Positions 18,021 to 29,001 of a stretch of DNA of 59,139 bases are shown here, piece by piece. Every line of letters begins with the position of its first letter. The stretch's first letter is position 1. The translations under genes and the position numbers were made by a program. Source of the DNA: Gammaproteobacteria bacterium (lineage in GTDB: Bacteria > Pseudomonadota > Gammaproteobacteria > GCA-001735895); the NCBI GenBank assembly GCA_051277905.1, contig JBNMQI010000002.1, positions 1 to 59,139 of the forward strand. Direction: 5' to 3'. The notes below the pieces were generated by a model. That model ran no database searches and had not been told where the DNA came from. It saw nothing but the letters and a program-made list of their open reading frames with translations.

Positions 18021-18791
18021 TTATCGGGCAATGCCCCTTTTACTATTTTTAATAAAAGTAACAAATTCCGCTACTTCAGGATATGCTTCGCAAAGTGGCA
18101 GTAACTTTTCTAACGCTGCCTCTTTAGTAGCTTTCGATTTTAAAAGCTCTCGAAAGGACTTATGTAGAGCTCGAATTAAGTCTTCAGAGTAACCTTTGCG
18201 TCGCAATCCCTCTTTATTGATACCAATAGCTTTTGCACGATTGCCGGCAGCAATGGAAAAAGGCGGTATATCCTGAGTCACAACAGATCCTTGGCCACAA
18301 AGTGACTTAGCGCCGATCTGGGTAAACTGGTGAACTGTTGTAAAACCACCGAGTATTGCGAAATCACCCACCTCTACATGACCGCCTAATGAGGCAGCAT
18401 TCGCAAATACTGTGTTATTACCAACGATGCAGTCATGGGCAACATGACAACAAGTCATAAATAAATTGTCATTACCAATCACAGTTTTACCAGTTCCACC
18501 GGCCGTACCCCGATTGAAAGTGACATACTCTCGAATAACGTTGCGGTCACCAACGATCAATTGGGTAGGTTCACCATTATATTTTTTGTCCTGGGGTGCC
18601 TCGCCTATAGAGCTAAACTGAAAAAATTTATTCTGCTCGCCTATGCGAGTAGGACCTTGGATAACGACATGAGGGCCAACTTCGGTTCCAGCGCCAATTT
18701 CGACATCCGGCCCAATAATACTGTAAGGGCCAATGGAAACGTTTTCGCCAAGTTTAGCCTTTTCGTCAATAATCGCTGTGGCATGTATCAT
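18021..18791 (-). CDS. lpxA: Acyl-ACP--UDP-N-acetylglucosamine O-acyltransferase
   Basis: Left-handed beta-helix hexapeptide repeats plus the helical C-terminal domain. 256 aa. 4-nt overlap with fabZ. Confidence 0.95.
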   Translation of the reverse strand: MIHATAIIDEKAKLGENVSIGPYSIIGPDVEIGAGTEVGPHVVIQGPTRIGEQNKFFQFSSIGEAPQDKKYNGEPTQLIVGDRNVIREYVTFNRGTAGGTGKTVIGNDNLFMTCCHVAHDCIVGNNTVFANAASLGGHVEVGDFAILGGFTTVHQFTQIGAKSLCGQGSVVTQDIPPFSIAAGNRAKAIGINKEGLRRKGYSEDLIRALHKSFRELLKSKATKEAALEKLLPLCEAYPEVAEFVTFIKNSKRGIAR

Positions 18792-19234
18792 ATTTCTTTA
18801 TCCTGTGCTGACAGCATCATATCAGACTCAGCAACCATCGCCCCATCAACAAATGCCTGACATTCGTATAGGCCAATGCCACGCGTATTTCGGGTCAGTC
18901 TGACTTTTATTTCTAATTGATCACCAGGTAAGACCTGACCACGAAACCTCGACTTATTCATCCCAACTAGCATGTGTAACTTTGTTTTAGGGTCCACTGC
19001 CATCGATGAAAAAGACAACAACCCCGTCGCTTGAGCCATCGCTTCGAGTATCAAGACACCCGGCATAATTGGCTTACCCGGAAAATGACCTTGAAAAAAA
19101 GGTTCGTTAAAAGACACATTTTTTATTGCCGTAAGATATACCTTATTGTCAGTATCGATGACTTTATCAATTAACAAAAACGGGTAACGATGAGGTAATA
19201 GTGCCATTACTTTACTAATATCAAAACCCGACAT
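18788..19234 (-). CDS. fabZ: 3-hydroxyacyl-ACP dehydratase FabZ
   Basis: 'LPHRYPFLLIDKV ... FFQGHFPGKPIMPGVLILEAMAQ'. Confidence 0.95.
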   Translation of the reverse strand: MSGFDISKVMALLPHRYPFLLIDKVIDTDNKVYLTAIKNVSFNEPFFQGHFPGKPIMPGVLILEAMAQATGLLSFSSMAVDPKTKLHMLVGMNKSRFRGQVLPGDQLEIKVRLTRNTRGIGLYECQAFVDGAMVAESDMMLSAQDKEI

Positions 19235-19258
19235 ACAACCTCTATTATGAAAAAAAAA

Positions 19259-20281
19259 CTACTTATTCTTTTGTAGTGAAGCAACAGACTTGGCTAATTG
19301 ATCCAAGGCTTTATAACGCACATTGCATTTGTGCCAATCTTTATTATTCAGTAATGGTGTACCCGATGAATAGACGCCAGGTTTAATAATGTTTTTTGTC
19401 ACCAACGACATAGCGGTAACTTTCACATAATCTGCAATTTTGAGATGCCCTGCAATTGCGGCACAACCCGAAATCTGGCAATAACGACCGATAGTAACAC
19501 TTCCAGCGATGGCCACATGACCTGCAATCGCAGTATGCGCACCAATCCGAACATTATGAGCAACCTGAATTAAGTTATCCAATTTACAACCTTGCTCTAT
19601 AACCGTATCGTCAAGAGCCCCTCGATCGACAGTCGTATTGGCACCAATTTCAACATCATCTTCTAGTATAACAGTTCCAATTTGCGGCACCTTGTGCCAT
19701 CGCTCTTCGTGCATCACCAACCCATAGCCATCCCCACCCAGTACGACACCCGACTGTAATATGCAATTGTTGCCTATAATTACCTGCCGACATAAAGTAA
19801 CTCGGCTATGTAATAAACAGTGATCACCAATTTTCACATTCTGTTCGATAATACAACCAGCGCCAATGGACGTTCCCAAACCAATAACTACATTATCACC
19901 GATCACCGCTAGAGCACCGACCGACACCCCTACACCTAATATGGCACTATCAGAAATTTGAGCTGATGGATGTATTGTTGTTAAAAACAGGCCAGTTAAT
20001 TCTGGCACTAGTAAATGCAGTGCTTGAACGAATGACAACTGAGGCGTAGCTGAAAATAAAAACTGTTTATTAATTTTGGAACAATCAAAATCCAGCGGAA
20101 CAATCACTGTTGAACAGTTGCTGAATTCTAATCGGGCTGTATATTTTAAACTTTGAATAAAACAAAGATCACTTGAGGTAGCATTTGAGAGTGATCCAGC
20201 GCCACAAATAATAGATTCTGGATTACCTGAAAAATCCAAATCTAGCTTAGCAGCAAGATGTTGAAGGGAAAAACTCACCAC
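19259..20281 (-). CDS. lpxD: UDP-3-O-acylglucosamine N-acyltransferase
   Basis: Hexapeptide-repeat body with an LpxD-type N-terminal domain. GTG start. Conserved position between skp and fabZ. Confidence 0.9.
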   Translation of the reverse strand: MVSFSLQHLAAKLDLDFSGNPESIICGAGSLSNATSSDLCFIQSLKYTARLEFSNCSTVIVPLDFDCSKINKQFLFSATPQLSFVQALHLLVPELTGLFLTTIHPSAQISDSAILGVGVSVGALAVIGDNVVIGLGTSIGAGCIIEQNVKIGDHCLLHSRVTLCRQVIIGNNCILQSGVVLGGDGYGLVMHEERWHKVPQIGTVILEDDVEIGANTTVDRGALDDTVIEQGCKLDNLIQVAHNVRIGAHTAIAGHVAIAGSVTIGRYCQISGCAAIAGHLKIADYVKVTAMSLVTKNIIKPGVYSSGTPLLNNKDWHKCNVRYKALDQLAKSVASLQKNK

Positions 20282-20423
20282 ATTAATTCTTCATATCACT
20301 ATTTTAAATCCTTTTCTATAAATCATACTGTTTAAAGTTGAGGTTTAGATACTTACTTTCCTTTAGCCATAACCATAAGGTCAATATTTGAAATAAATTG
20401 AAAACGCAACTTCAATATTAAAC

Positions 20424-20981
20424 CTACTGAGTCTCTTCTTCTGCTAGTTTGGAAGATGTTTTTAGCATGTCAATTATCTGCGCCGTAATATCGATTTGAT
20501 TGGAGACGTAGCTCACGCCTTCTGTGAGTATCAGATCAAAACGTTCGGAATCACCTAATTTCAACAAAACGTTCGCTATCACTTTCTGTAATTCATGAAT
20601 TTCTTCGTTTCTTCTTAAATTTTGATCTTCTCTAAATTCCTGTTCTAGAAACTTTAATTGACTCACTTTGAGTCTTATTTCGCGTTCAAGTTTACGCCTT
20701 GTTTTTACAGTAATCTGAACTTCAGTGGACTTCAGTTGTTCTTCAATATCCAACACTTCCTCTCGTTTCAACTTCAATTGTGCCTCACGCGGTTTAAACT
20801 CAGCTTCTAGTCGCTCTTCGACTTTACGAGCCTGAGGTGCTTCTTTTAAAACGCGCGAGGTGTTCACAAATCCTATTTTGAAACTGTGATCAGCCGCCAA
20901 TAATATACCGTTACTGGCAAAAAGTGTCAGCACTAAAATTAGCAAGTATCTTGTCATATCGATCTTCAGAATCCTATTCAA
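20424..20981 (-). CDS. skp: OmpH/Skp periplasmic chaperone
   Basis: Signal peptide followed by a K/E/Q-rich helical body. 4-nt overlap with the bamA stop. Confidence 0.85.
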   Translation of the reverse strand: MNRILKIDMTRYLLILVLTLFASNGILLAADHSFKIGFVNTSRVLKEAPQARKVEERLEAEFKPREAQLKLKREEVLDIEEQLKSTEVQITVKTRRKLEREIRLKVSQLKFLEQEFREDQNLRRNEEIHELQKVIANVLLKLGDSERFDLILTEGVSYVSNQIDITAQIIDMLKTSSKLAEEETQ

Positions 20982-23287
20982 AACGACGCACCCAATGAGA
21001 ACTGAAAATTCTGAGTATCGTCACCTGGTTGATCATTAATTGGGAATGCATAGCTGAACTCTAGCGGACCTACCACTGAAAACCACTTCGCAGAAATCCC
21101 CGCTGACTGACGTAAATCATTGATTTCAAATGAATTACTATCTTTAAATACATTACCAGCATCAAAGTATAGCGCAAGTCGAAAGGTATCTGAACTGGCA
21201 AGTGATTCTAGAGGGAACAAAAGTTCTGTTGTCGTAGTGAACTGAACATTACCTCCAAAGGAGTCGCCATTACTATCAAGTGGACCTAAACTATTCTCTT
21301 CATAACCTCGGACAGATCGAACACCACCGGCATGGTATTTATCAAAAAATGGCATATCTGTTGTTCCACTATAACTATCACCATAGCCAATACGATTACG
21401 AAACCCAAAGGTTATTTTGTCTGTAACAGGGAAGGCAGTTTGATGCCGGTACAGAACTTTATAATAATCCAGATCACCATTAAACATTTGTAGTGAAAGG
21501 GAATTTAAATGCCCTGAATCAGCAAAAATAAGCTTGTTTCTAGTATCATTTGAAATACTCACCCCACCAAAAACACTTGTGTAGTTATTACCACTAATAT
21601 TAGCCCTATCGCTAACCTGATTATATTCACTACTATTATTAACAATAAAATCAACTATCTCAGTGGATGCTTTATTGGATATCTTAACATTATTTCGAAC
21701 GGCACCTAAACTAAAACTGAACGAATTGTATTCAGATATAGGGATACCATATGCAACTGACAGCTTAATTTGGTCCAGTAAATAATTAGCAAAGTTTTCT
21801 TCAGAAGCATCCGTTTCTCTAAAAGTCAGATAGAAACCGCGACTAACTCCGTCAGCCGTGAAGTAAGGATTCAGGTAGTTAAACCTGTATTGTTTTGTAG
21901 ACTTAGAATTATCGAACGAAAAGCCAACAGCCTTTCCAGTACCAAAAATATTGTCATGGTCGAAACCAAGAGTCAATAAAACACCCTGAGTCTGTGAATA
22001 TCCAAGGCCGACCTGAAAGCTACCCGAGAACCGCTCAACAACAGTAACTTTTAAATCGAGTAAATTATCATTTCCACTAACTGGCACAGAAACAATATCA
22101 ACCGACGCTAAAAACTTTAAGCGCTGGAGTCGAATCCGTGATCGATCAATACTACTTCCCTTATAGATAGATCCTTCAAGTTGGCGCATCTCGCGCCTTA
22201 AAACATTATCTTTACTTTTATCATTGCCAGTAAAGTTAATAGCCCTCACTGTCATCTTTCTACCCGGAGTCACTATGAATTTTAAATTAATGGATTTTTC
22301 TTCGTCATTAATATCGAGACCCGTTCTGACATCAGAAAAAGCATAACCATCCTCTCCAAAACGCTTATTCATAAGGCTAACGACTTGATTCATTTTTTTG
22401 CGCGAAAAGATATCTCCTTCCCTAAAGGTCACCAGTGCTAATAGTTCGGCTTCATCGACAACAGATTCGCCACTAATACCAATACTATTGACAGTATATT
22501 GCTCACCTTCAGTGACATTGACCGTTATATTAATGTCTTTACGATCAGGGCTAATAGATACCTGCTTAGAATCAATTTCAAAGCGCACATAACCTTTATC
22601 TAAATAAAACGACCTGAGATTTTCAAGATCACCCAACAATTTACCACTGGCATATTCGTCAGAGGCGAACCACCCTGAATCTGCAGTTTCTAGCTCGAAA
22701 TTGTCAAGTAGTGCTTTTTCACTAAATTTTTGATTACCCGTGATATTAATCGAATGTATAAGAGCAACCTCACCCTCAGAAATATTGATATCGATTTCAA
22801 CGCGATCATCGTCAAGATAGCGCCAGTCTGTAGTCAACTTGACAGCGTATTTTCCGAGAGAAAAATAAAGTTGTTGTAGTTCAAGCTCTAACCTTGACAG
22901 CTTTAATTCATTGAAAATTTTACCCCGAGTCATGCCAATCTGATCGAGTGCCTCCTCGAGATTTTCGTCTGTGAGTTTATCGTTACCTTCCACATTAACG
23001 GCAGAGATTGAAGGTCTTTCACTCACTTTAACCACTAAAGTACTCTCGTCACGCAACAACTCAACTCCATCAAAAAAACCTGTGGAGTAAAGTTCTCGGA
23101 TAAAGTAAGGAGCACTCTCAGAGTCAAATACTTCACCGACCTTAATGGGTAAATAATTTAATACAGTACCAACAGAAATTTTCTTAGCACCCACAATTTC
23201 TATCTGCTCTACATTGAAGCTATCCGCACTAGCAGTAAACACAGAAAATAACAGTGGTAAAACACTGAGCCAACCCATTAACTTCAA
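20978..23287 (-). CDS. bamA: Outer-membrane protein assembly factor BamA
   Basis: Signal peptide, POTRA repeats, C-terminal beta-barrel ending in '...FQFSLGASF'. The tracked start is TTG 23287; ATG 23278 is an alternative. Confidence 0.95.
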   Translation of the reverse strand: MKLMGWLSVLPLLFSVFTASADSFNVEQIEIVGAKKISVGTVLNYLPIKVGEVFDSESAPYFIRELYSTGFFDGVELLRDESTLVVKVSERPSISAVNVEGNDKLTDENLEEALDQIGMTRGKIFNELKLSRLELELQQLYFSLGKYAVKLTTDWRYLDDDRVEIDINISEGEVALIHSINITGNQKFSEKALLDNFELETADSGWFASDEYASGKLLGDLENLRSFYLDKGYVRFEIDSKQVSISPDRKDINITVNVTEGEQYTVNSIGISGESVVDEAELLALVTFREGDIFSRKKMNQVVSLMNKRFGEDGYAFSDVRTGLDINDEEKSINLKFIVTPGRKMTVRAINFTGNDKSKDNVLRREMRQLEGSIYKGSSIDRSRIRLQRLKFLASVDIVSVPVSGNDNLLDLKVTVVERFSGSFQVGLGYSQTQGVLLTLGFDHDNIFGTGKAVGFSFDNSKSTKQYRFNYLNPYFTADGVSRGFYLTFRETDASEENFANYLLDQIKLSVAYGIPISEYNSFSFSLGAVRNNVKISNKASTEIVDFIVNNSSEYNQVSDRANISGNNYTSVFGGVSISNDTRNKLIFADSGHLNSLSLQMFNGDLDYYKVLYRHQTAFPVTDKITFGFRNRIGYGDSYSGTTDMPFFDKYHAGGVRSVRGYEENSLGPLDSNGDSFGGNVQFTTTTELLFPLESLASSDTFRLALYFDAGNVFKDSNSFEINDLRQSAGISAKWFSVVGPLEFSYAFPINDQPGDDTQNFQFSLGASF

Positions 23288-23289
23288 AA

Positions 23290-24672
23290 TTATTCCACCA
23301 GACGCAGTAAGTCGTTATAGATAGCAATCGACATTAGCCCAAATAACAGCGCCATGCCAATTTTCTGTCCGACCAATTCAGTAGATTCTGATACCGGACT
23401 ACCTTTTATAATTTCAATCAAATAGTAAAATAAATGTCCACCATCTAAGATAGGAACAGGCAGCAGGTTTAACACGCCTAAACTAATGCTGATAATGGCA
23501 AGAAAGGTGATGAACTGCTCAACCCCGACACGGGCTGAAATTCCAGCATAACGAGCGATAGTAATCGGACCGCTCAAGTTTTTAACACTGGCTTCACCCA
23601 CTACTAATTTTCCAAGTACTTTTAAAGTCAACCACGACATCCGCCATGTTTTATCTATCGATTCACCCAGCGCATCAATTGGCCCATAGCGTTCAATCAC
23701 CTCCATTTTTTGTCGAACGTCATCAGGTATCTCAATTCGATTCATTACCCCAATAAATCCATAGCTTTCGCCCTTATCATTGCGAAGTTTAGGCGTGAGT
23801 TGAAGTGACACTTGCTGACCGCCTCTTAGTACCACGACATCAAGAGGTTTCTCTGGATTAGCTCGGATCAATTCCACCCATCGATGCACATTAGGTATCA
23901 TTTCACCGGCTAGCATGACAATTTGATCATTTGCCAACAGACCCGCAGCTTGTGCGGCACCGCCAGCAACCACTTCATCAATAACGGGTGGAATATTTGG
24001 GCGCCAAGCAGAGAAGCCTAATTCACCGATTAAATCTATTTGTTCTTTCTGCAAAAGTTGTAGTTGGCTGATATCGACTACCGTTTTCAGAATTTGAAGG
24101 TCAGCACGCTCAACTTCGATCACAATGGACTCAGCACCCACAGACTCTTCGAGCAGTGTAAAACGCGTTTTTTCCCAACTCTGAGTTTTAATACCATTGA
24201 CAGATAATATGGTGTCCTGTGATCGGATACCGGCACTGTAGGCAGGACTCGGGCTAATAACGTCACCAACCACTGGCTTAACACCAACAACACCCATCAT
24301 GTAAATAAGTGAATAGGCGGCAATGGCGAAGAGAAAGTTAAACGCTGGGCCAGCAGCGACAATGGCAAATCGTCTCCAAACGCTCTTTCGATTGAATGTT
24401 CTATCTAAATCACTTTCAGCTACGTCACCTTCACGCTCATCAAGCATTTTTACGTAACCACCTAAAGGAATACAGGCGAGGACATATTCGGTTTGGTCCG
24501 GCCCCGCTGTTTTTTTCCAAATAGGTTTTCCAAAACCGACTGAAAATCTGAGCACCTTGACACCCATTTTGCGAGCCACCCAGAAATGACCAAATTCATG
24601 GATCGTCACTAAAATGCCTATTGCCACAACAAATGCAGCAATGCTATAAAGAATAGAGACTAAGCCTTCCAT
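23290..24672 (-). CDS. rseP: RIP zinc metalloprotease RseP
   Basis: 'HEFGHFWVARKMG' HExxH motif, PDZ region, and 'NLLPVPILDGGH' motif. Confidence 0.95.
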   Translation of the reverse strand: MEGLVSILYSIAAFVVAIGILVTIHEFGHFWVARKMGVKVLRFSVGFGKPIWKKTAGPDQTEYVLACIPLGGYVKMLDEREGDVAESDLDRTFNRKSVWRRFAIVAAGPAFNFLFAIAAYSLIYMMGVVGVKPVVGDVISPSPAYSAGIRSQDTILSVNGIKTQSWEKTRFTLLEESVGAESIVIEVERADLQILKTVVDISQLQLLQKEQIDLIGELGFSAWRPNIPPVIDEVVAGGAAQAAGLLANDQIVMLAGEMIPNVHRWVELIRANPEKPLDVVVLRGGQQVSLQLTPKLRNDKGESYGFIGVMNRIEIPDDVRQKMEVIERYGPIDALGESIDKTWRMSWLTLKVLGKLVVGEASVKNLSGPITIARYAGISARVGVEQFITFLAIISISLGVLNLLPVPILDGGHLFYYLIEIIKGSPVSESTELVGQKIGMALLFGLMSIAIYNDLLRLVE

Positions 24673-25859
24673 TAGTAAACCATCCGTTGGCCATAAACCT
24701 TAGACTGTTGGCTGGCAAACTCACGCGCCCGTCGATCATCTTCTAAAATAATGTCGAGATTACTGGCTGAGTTCGAAGGAATATTTTGTAAAGTATTATC
24801 AATCAATTTAGGGATATCAGTAAATTTTATCTGTTCATTTAAAAAACTGGCAACAGCTACTTCATTAGCCGCATTCAAAATCGCCATGCTAGTACCACCT
24901 TGCTTAAATGCATCACGAGCTAGTTTAAGGCAGGGGAAGCGTTGCTCATCAGCGGTTTCAAAGCTTAATTGACTGACTTGAATCAAATCTAATGGTTCAA
25001 CTCCAGAGTTCATTCTATCTGGCCACGCCAGTGCGTTTGCAATCGGAGTACGCATATCTGGATTACCCAGTTGTGCCAATACTGAACCGTCAGTATAAGC
25101 TACCATTGAATGAACAATACTTTGTTTATGCAAAACAATTTCAACATTTTTCTCATCAATATCAAATAACCAACAGGCTTCTATTAATTCTAGCCCCTTA
25201 TTCATCATTGTCGCTGAATCGACCGAAATTTTGGGCCCCATACTCCAGTTAGGATGGGTAATGGCGCGCTGTGGTGTGACTGCATCAAATTCATTCAGTG
25301 GTAGATCACGAAATGGACCACCTGAACCCGTGAGTAGTATTTTAGTAATTCCTTTAGCCGTTTGATTCGATGCATAATCTACTGGCAAGCATTGAAAAAT
25401 AGCGTTGTGCTCGCTATCCACAGGAATCAACTGTGCTTTATGTTGGGCAACTTCTTTCATGAATAAATCACCCATCATCACTAACGATTCCTTGTTCGCT
25501 AACAATATCCGCTTAGCACTACGAACGGCTGCCAGCGTTGGCATCAAACCAACCGAGCCAACGATTGCTGCTATAACAATATCAACGTCTTCATGACTAG
25601 CCACCTCAAGTAAACCCTGCTGCCCATCCATTACCTGGGTCGGTGAATCATTCAGCAGTACTTTAAGCTGCTGCGCACTAGCAATGTCACTCATTACCGC
25701 AAAGCGTGGCTGATACTGAAGGCAAATCGACAACATCTTTTCAACGTTTGTATTTGCCGTGACAGCATAAATCGAATATTGCGTTGGGTGCTGAGCGATT
25801 ACATCGAGGCTACTTGCCCCTATCGATCCGGTCCCACCAAGAATAGTCACCTGCTTCAT
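24672..25859 (-). CDS. dxr: 1-deoxy-D-xylulose-5-phosphate reductoisomerase
   Basis: 'ILGGTGSIGASSLDV', 'LANKESLV', 'PVDSEHNAIFQCL'. Confidence 0.95.
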   Translation of the reverse strand: MKQVTILGGTGSIGASSLDVIAQHPTQYSIYAVTANTNVEKMLSICLQYQPRFAVMSDIASAQQLKVLLNDSPTQVMDGQQGLLEVASHEDVDIVIAAIVGSVGLMPTLAAVRSAKRILLANKESLVMMGDLFMKEVAQHKAQLIPVDSEHNAIFQCLPVDYASNQTAKGITKILLTGSGGPFRDLPLNEFDAVTPQRAITHPNWSMGPKISVDSATMMNKGLELIEACWLFDIDEKNVEIVLHKQSIVHSMVAYTDGSVLAQLGNPDMRTPIANALAWPDRMNSGVEPLDLIQVSQLSFETADEQRFPCLKLARDAFKQGGTSMAILNAANEVAVASFLNEQIKFTDIPKLIDNTLQNIPSNSASNLDIILEDDRRAREFASQQSKVYGQRMVY

Positions 25860-26681
25860 TTAAATTACGCCTACAACGTACAGCCCAAAAATAAAAACAG
25901 GGGTCGCTGCAATAACACCATCAATTCTGTCTAAGACACCGCCATGACCGGGTAATAAGGTACCACTATCTTTCACGCCGGCTTCACGCTTTAAGATGCT
26001 TTCATACAAGTCGCCAACAACAGAAATAGCCGAAGCGCATAATCCAATACAAATAAACTGCCAAAAAGCTATACCCCAGCCGTTGCTTAGCCAAAATACA
26101 ATACACATCCAAACCAAATTACAAACAATGCCACCAATAACGCCTTCCCACGTTTTACCTGGGCTAATGCCTGGTGCAAGTTTATTTCGACCAAAACGCT
26201 TTCCAGAGAAGTAAGCGCCAATATCAGCAACCCATATAAGTGTTAGTGTATAAAGTAATATCCACCCACCCGCATCAAAGTGACGTTGCACAAACAAAAG
26301 ACCTGTCGCACAAATCCAAAGTAATACCAAGCCCATCAGGAGATGTAACCATTTTATCTGTATCGTCCATTGGCCACTGAATTTGTAGCGAACCATAAAG
26401 CATAAGATGATAATCCAAACTAATGAGCCGATGAAAGAGAAGTAAAAGTTCAGCCAGATACCTGACTTCACATTAAACAACCAAAATAATGAGGCTAATA
26501 GGATCGAAATAATAATTCCAAGTGTCTTCTCTGGCATTATAGTAAGTGCGAATAACTCTCGTATTGCAACAAATAATCCGATAGAAAATAATACGTTAGA
26601 CCCGTAATCCCCAAAAAAGAAAATCGTACTTGCAAACACCAATGCCAAGACAATAGCCGTTAATATTCGGTGCTTTAGCAT
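25860..26681 (-). CDS. cdsA: Phosphatidate cytidylyltransferase
   Basis: Polytopic membrane protein with the C-terminal signature 'SILKREAGVKDSGTLLPGHGGVLDRID'. Confidence 0.9.
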   Translation of the reverse strand: MLKHRILTAIVLALVFASTIFFFGDYGSNVLFSIGLFVAIRELFALTIMPEKTLGIIISILLASLFWLFNVKSGIWLNFYFSFIGSLVWIIILCFMVRYKFSGQWTIQIKWLHLLMGLVLLWICATGLLFVQRHFDAGGWILLYTLTLIWVADIGAYFSGKRFGRNKLAPGISPGKTWEGVIGGIVCNLVWMCIVFWLSNGWGIAFWQFICIGLCASAISVVGDLYESILKREAGVKDSGTLLPGHGGVLDRIDGVIAATPVFIFGLYVVGVI

Positions 26682-27427
26682 TACTTAACGTCCACCATCT
26701 GATCACTCGTTTTGCCATAACGCCGTTGCCTCTTGGCGTAATCATCAAGTGCCTTTTGCATTTCCTGTATAGAAAAGTCTGGCCATAATACGTCGGTGAA
26801 ATAAAACTCGGTATAAGCCAGTTGCCAGAGTAAAAAATTACTGGCTCGATGTTCTCCACCCGTTCGAATAAAAAGGTCTGGATCAGGCGTATCAGCTAAA
26901 GACAATTCACTTTCAAGCATAGGCTGATCAATTTGTTCTGATGAAATATCTCCCCGCTCAACCCTTGAGGCTATTGTCTTTACCGCATTCAATATATCCC
27001 ACTGGCCGCCATAATTAGCGGCAATATTGAGTGTCATGACGCTATTTTTAAGTGTTAGCGATTCTGCTTCAGCAATTTGCTTTTGCAGAGTTTGAGAGAA
27101 AGCAGAACGTTCACCAATGAAACGAATACGAATATTCTGTGAATGTAACTCTGCACTATTGTCTTTTAATGAGCGAAAAAACAATTCCATGAGCGTGCTA
27201 ACTTCCTCTTCAGGACGATTCCAGTTCTCACTACTAAACGCAAAAAGTGTTAAATATCGTACGCCTGCACGAGCAAAAAACTCAATGGAATTTCGAGTAA
27301 TAGCCACTCCCTTTCGATGCCCAAATGTCCTTGGCATGAAACGCTTTTTAGCCCAGCGGCCATTACCATCCATAATGATACAGACATGTTTTGGTGTGGC
27401 TTTTATTGCTGTTACTGATGGATCCAT
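26681..27427 (-). CDS. uppS: Di-trans,poly-cis-undecaprenyl-diphosphate synthase
   Basis: 'HVCIIMDGNGRWA', 'LTLFAFSSENWNRP', 'IRTGGEHRASNFLLWQLAYTEFYF'. Confidence 0.95.
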   Translation of the reverse strand: MDPSVTAIKATPKHVCIIMDGNGRWAKKRFMPRTFGHRKGVAITRNSIEFFARAGVRYLTLFAFSSENWNRPEEEVSTLMELFFRSLKDNSAELHSQNIRIRFIGERSAFSQTLQKQIAEAESLTLKNSVMTLNIAANYGGQWDILNAVKTIASRVERGDISSEQIDQPMLESELSLADTPDPDLFIRTGGEHRASNFLLWQLAYTEFYFTDVLWPDFSIQEMQKALDDYAKRQRRYGKTSDQMVDVK

Positions 27428-27442
27428 ATAAATCGAAAGACC

Positions 27443-28000
27443 CTAAATTTCCATTAGTTCTTTTTCTTTAATTTGTAGTAATGATTCTATTTCAGCGGTG
27501 GATTGATTGGTAGTTTGCTGAACCATATCCTGCCCCTTATGCTCATCATCTTCGGAAATGTCTTTATCTTTCTCGAGTGATTTAAGATCACTGTTCGCAT
27601 CACGTCGAATATTGCGGATTGCAACTCGAGCATTCTCAGCTAGCTCTTTGACAACTTTAACGAGTTCTTTACGCCGCTCTTCGGTCAATGGGGGCATTGG
27701 TACACGAATAACAGCACCCGAAGTCGATGGGTTTAAGCCCAGATCTGACTTCATAATTGCTTTTTCGATCACCGCCACCATGCTTTTATCCCAAGGCGTT
27801 ACGGCTAAAGTTCGCGAATCTTCAACGGTCAGATTAGCGGCTTGTCCAATGGGTACTTCACTACCATAGAAATCGACCGAAATATGGTTTAACAGGCTTA
27901 CATGCGCGCGGCCTGTTCGAATTTTTAACAATTCGACCTTGAATGCTTCGATGCTTTTGTTCATTCGGCTCAACGCATCTTTTTGTACATCATGAATCAT
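27443..28000 (-). CDS. frr: Ribosome recycling factor
   Basis: 185 aa. '[13 protein letters not shown]' and 'IRNIRRDAN'. Confidence 0.95.
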   Translation of the reverse strand: MIHDVQKDALSRMNKSIEAFKVELLKIRTGRAHVSLLNHISVDFYGSEVPIGQAANLTVEDSRTLAVTPWDKSMVAVIEKAIMKSDLGLNPSTSGAVIRVPMPPLTEERRKELVKVVKELAENARVAIRNIRRDANSDLKSLEKDKDISEDDEHKGQDMVQQTTNQSTAEIESLLQIKEKELMEI

Positions 28001-28002
28001 TT

Positions 28003-28728
28003 TTATGCCTCTTTTCGGGTCACTAACGTGCCGATAGATTTACCTTTTGCCAATTCGAGTAGAACACCCGACTGGTTCATATCACAAACCACCATATCGA
28101 GCGCATTATCGTTGCATAAAATCATAGCTGCAACATCCATAACGGCCAAACGTTGATCAATTGCCTGATCGTAGTCGAGATGCTCATACTTTACTGCATC
28201 TTCAAATTTGACTGGGTCTTTATTATAAATTCCATCGACTTTAGTCGCCTTAACCATCAGGTCGGCCTGAATCTCGACTGCTCTTAAACTTGCACCTGTA
28301 TCAGTCGTGAAATAAGGGCAACCGGTGCCCGCTGCAAAAATAACAATGCCACCATCAGCTATCCTTTGGCGAGCTTCGCGTTGGGTATATCGATCACAGA
28401 CCTGAGGCATATCAAGCCCCGACATGACGGTTACATTTACGCCACGTTGTTGCAAGCTATCCCTCAAAGCAAGCGCATTCATTACAGTCGCTAGCATGCC
28501 CATGTGATCGCCAGTGACTCTATCGACACCCGCCTCAGCCAGTTGGGCACCTCGGAATAAATTACCACCCCCAACAACAACACCTAGCTCGACACCTGCT
28601 TGCTGCAAGCTATCCAATTCAACAGAAAGCATTGCAATAATAACAGGGTCAATGCCAAAAGCGTTTTGCCCCATTAGGGCTTCACCACTGAGTTTAACCA
28701 ATAAGCGCTTGTATTTAAGGTCGGTCAT
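28003..28728 (-). CDS. pyrH: UMP kinase
   Basis: '[13 protein letters not shown]', '[10 protein letters not shown]', '[11 protein letters not shown]'. Confidence 0.95.
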   Translation of the reverse strand: MTDLKYKRLLVKLSGEALMGQNAFGIDPVIIAMLSVELDSLQQAGVELGVVVGGGNLFRGAQLAEAGVDRVTGDHMGMLATVMNALALRDSLQQRGVNVTVMSGLDMPQVCDRYTQREARQRIADGGIVIFAAGTGCPYFTTDTGASLRAVEIQADLMVKATKVDGIYNKDPVKFEDAVKYEHLDYDQAIDQRLAVMDVAAMILCNDNALDMVVCDMNQSGVLLELAKGKSIGTLVTRKEA

Positions 28729-28950
28729 TTCTCACTCATTCATTTCAAAATTGTAACAAAGCACACGGCTTTATTAAGTCACGTCTTTTTCGTGAGGGCA
28801 TAGGCCGTTAAACTTTAGTTAAGGCCCACTATGCTTGAATTTTGCATCGCCATTCATATTAATTACAGTGTACATCAACTACCTACAAATTAGCCTACTG
28901 AACTAAGAAATTAGATGCCATTATTGTCATAGGCAATAAATTTTTTAGAC

Positions 28951-28982
28951 GCTAATAAAATAAAGGCCGCGAGAGCGGCCTT
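28951..28982 (-). terminator. Rho-independent terminator downstream of tsf
   Basis: GC-rich hairpin aaggccgc-gaga-gcggcctt (28963-28982). On the minus strand it is followed by TTTATTTTATT. It lies 20 nt past the tsf stop. Confidence 0.8.
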
Positions 28983-29001
28983 AAAGTTAACTATGAAGCT
29001 T

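Noticed and set aside
26596-26859. 87-aa minus-strand ORF across the uppS/cdsA junction
   Set aside because: It is out of frame with two conserved genes that abut exactly (they share nucleotide 26681), which leaves no room for an extra gene.
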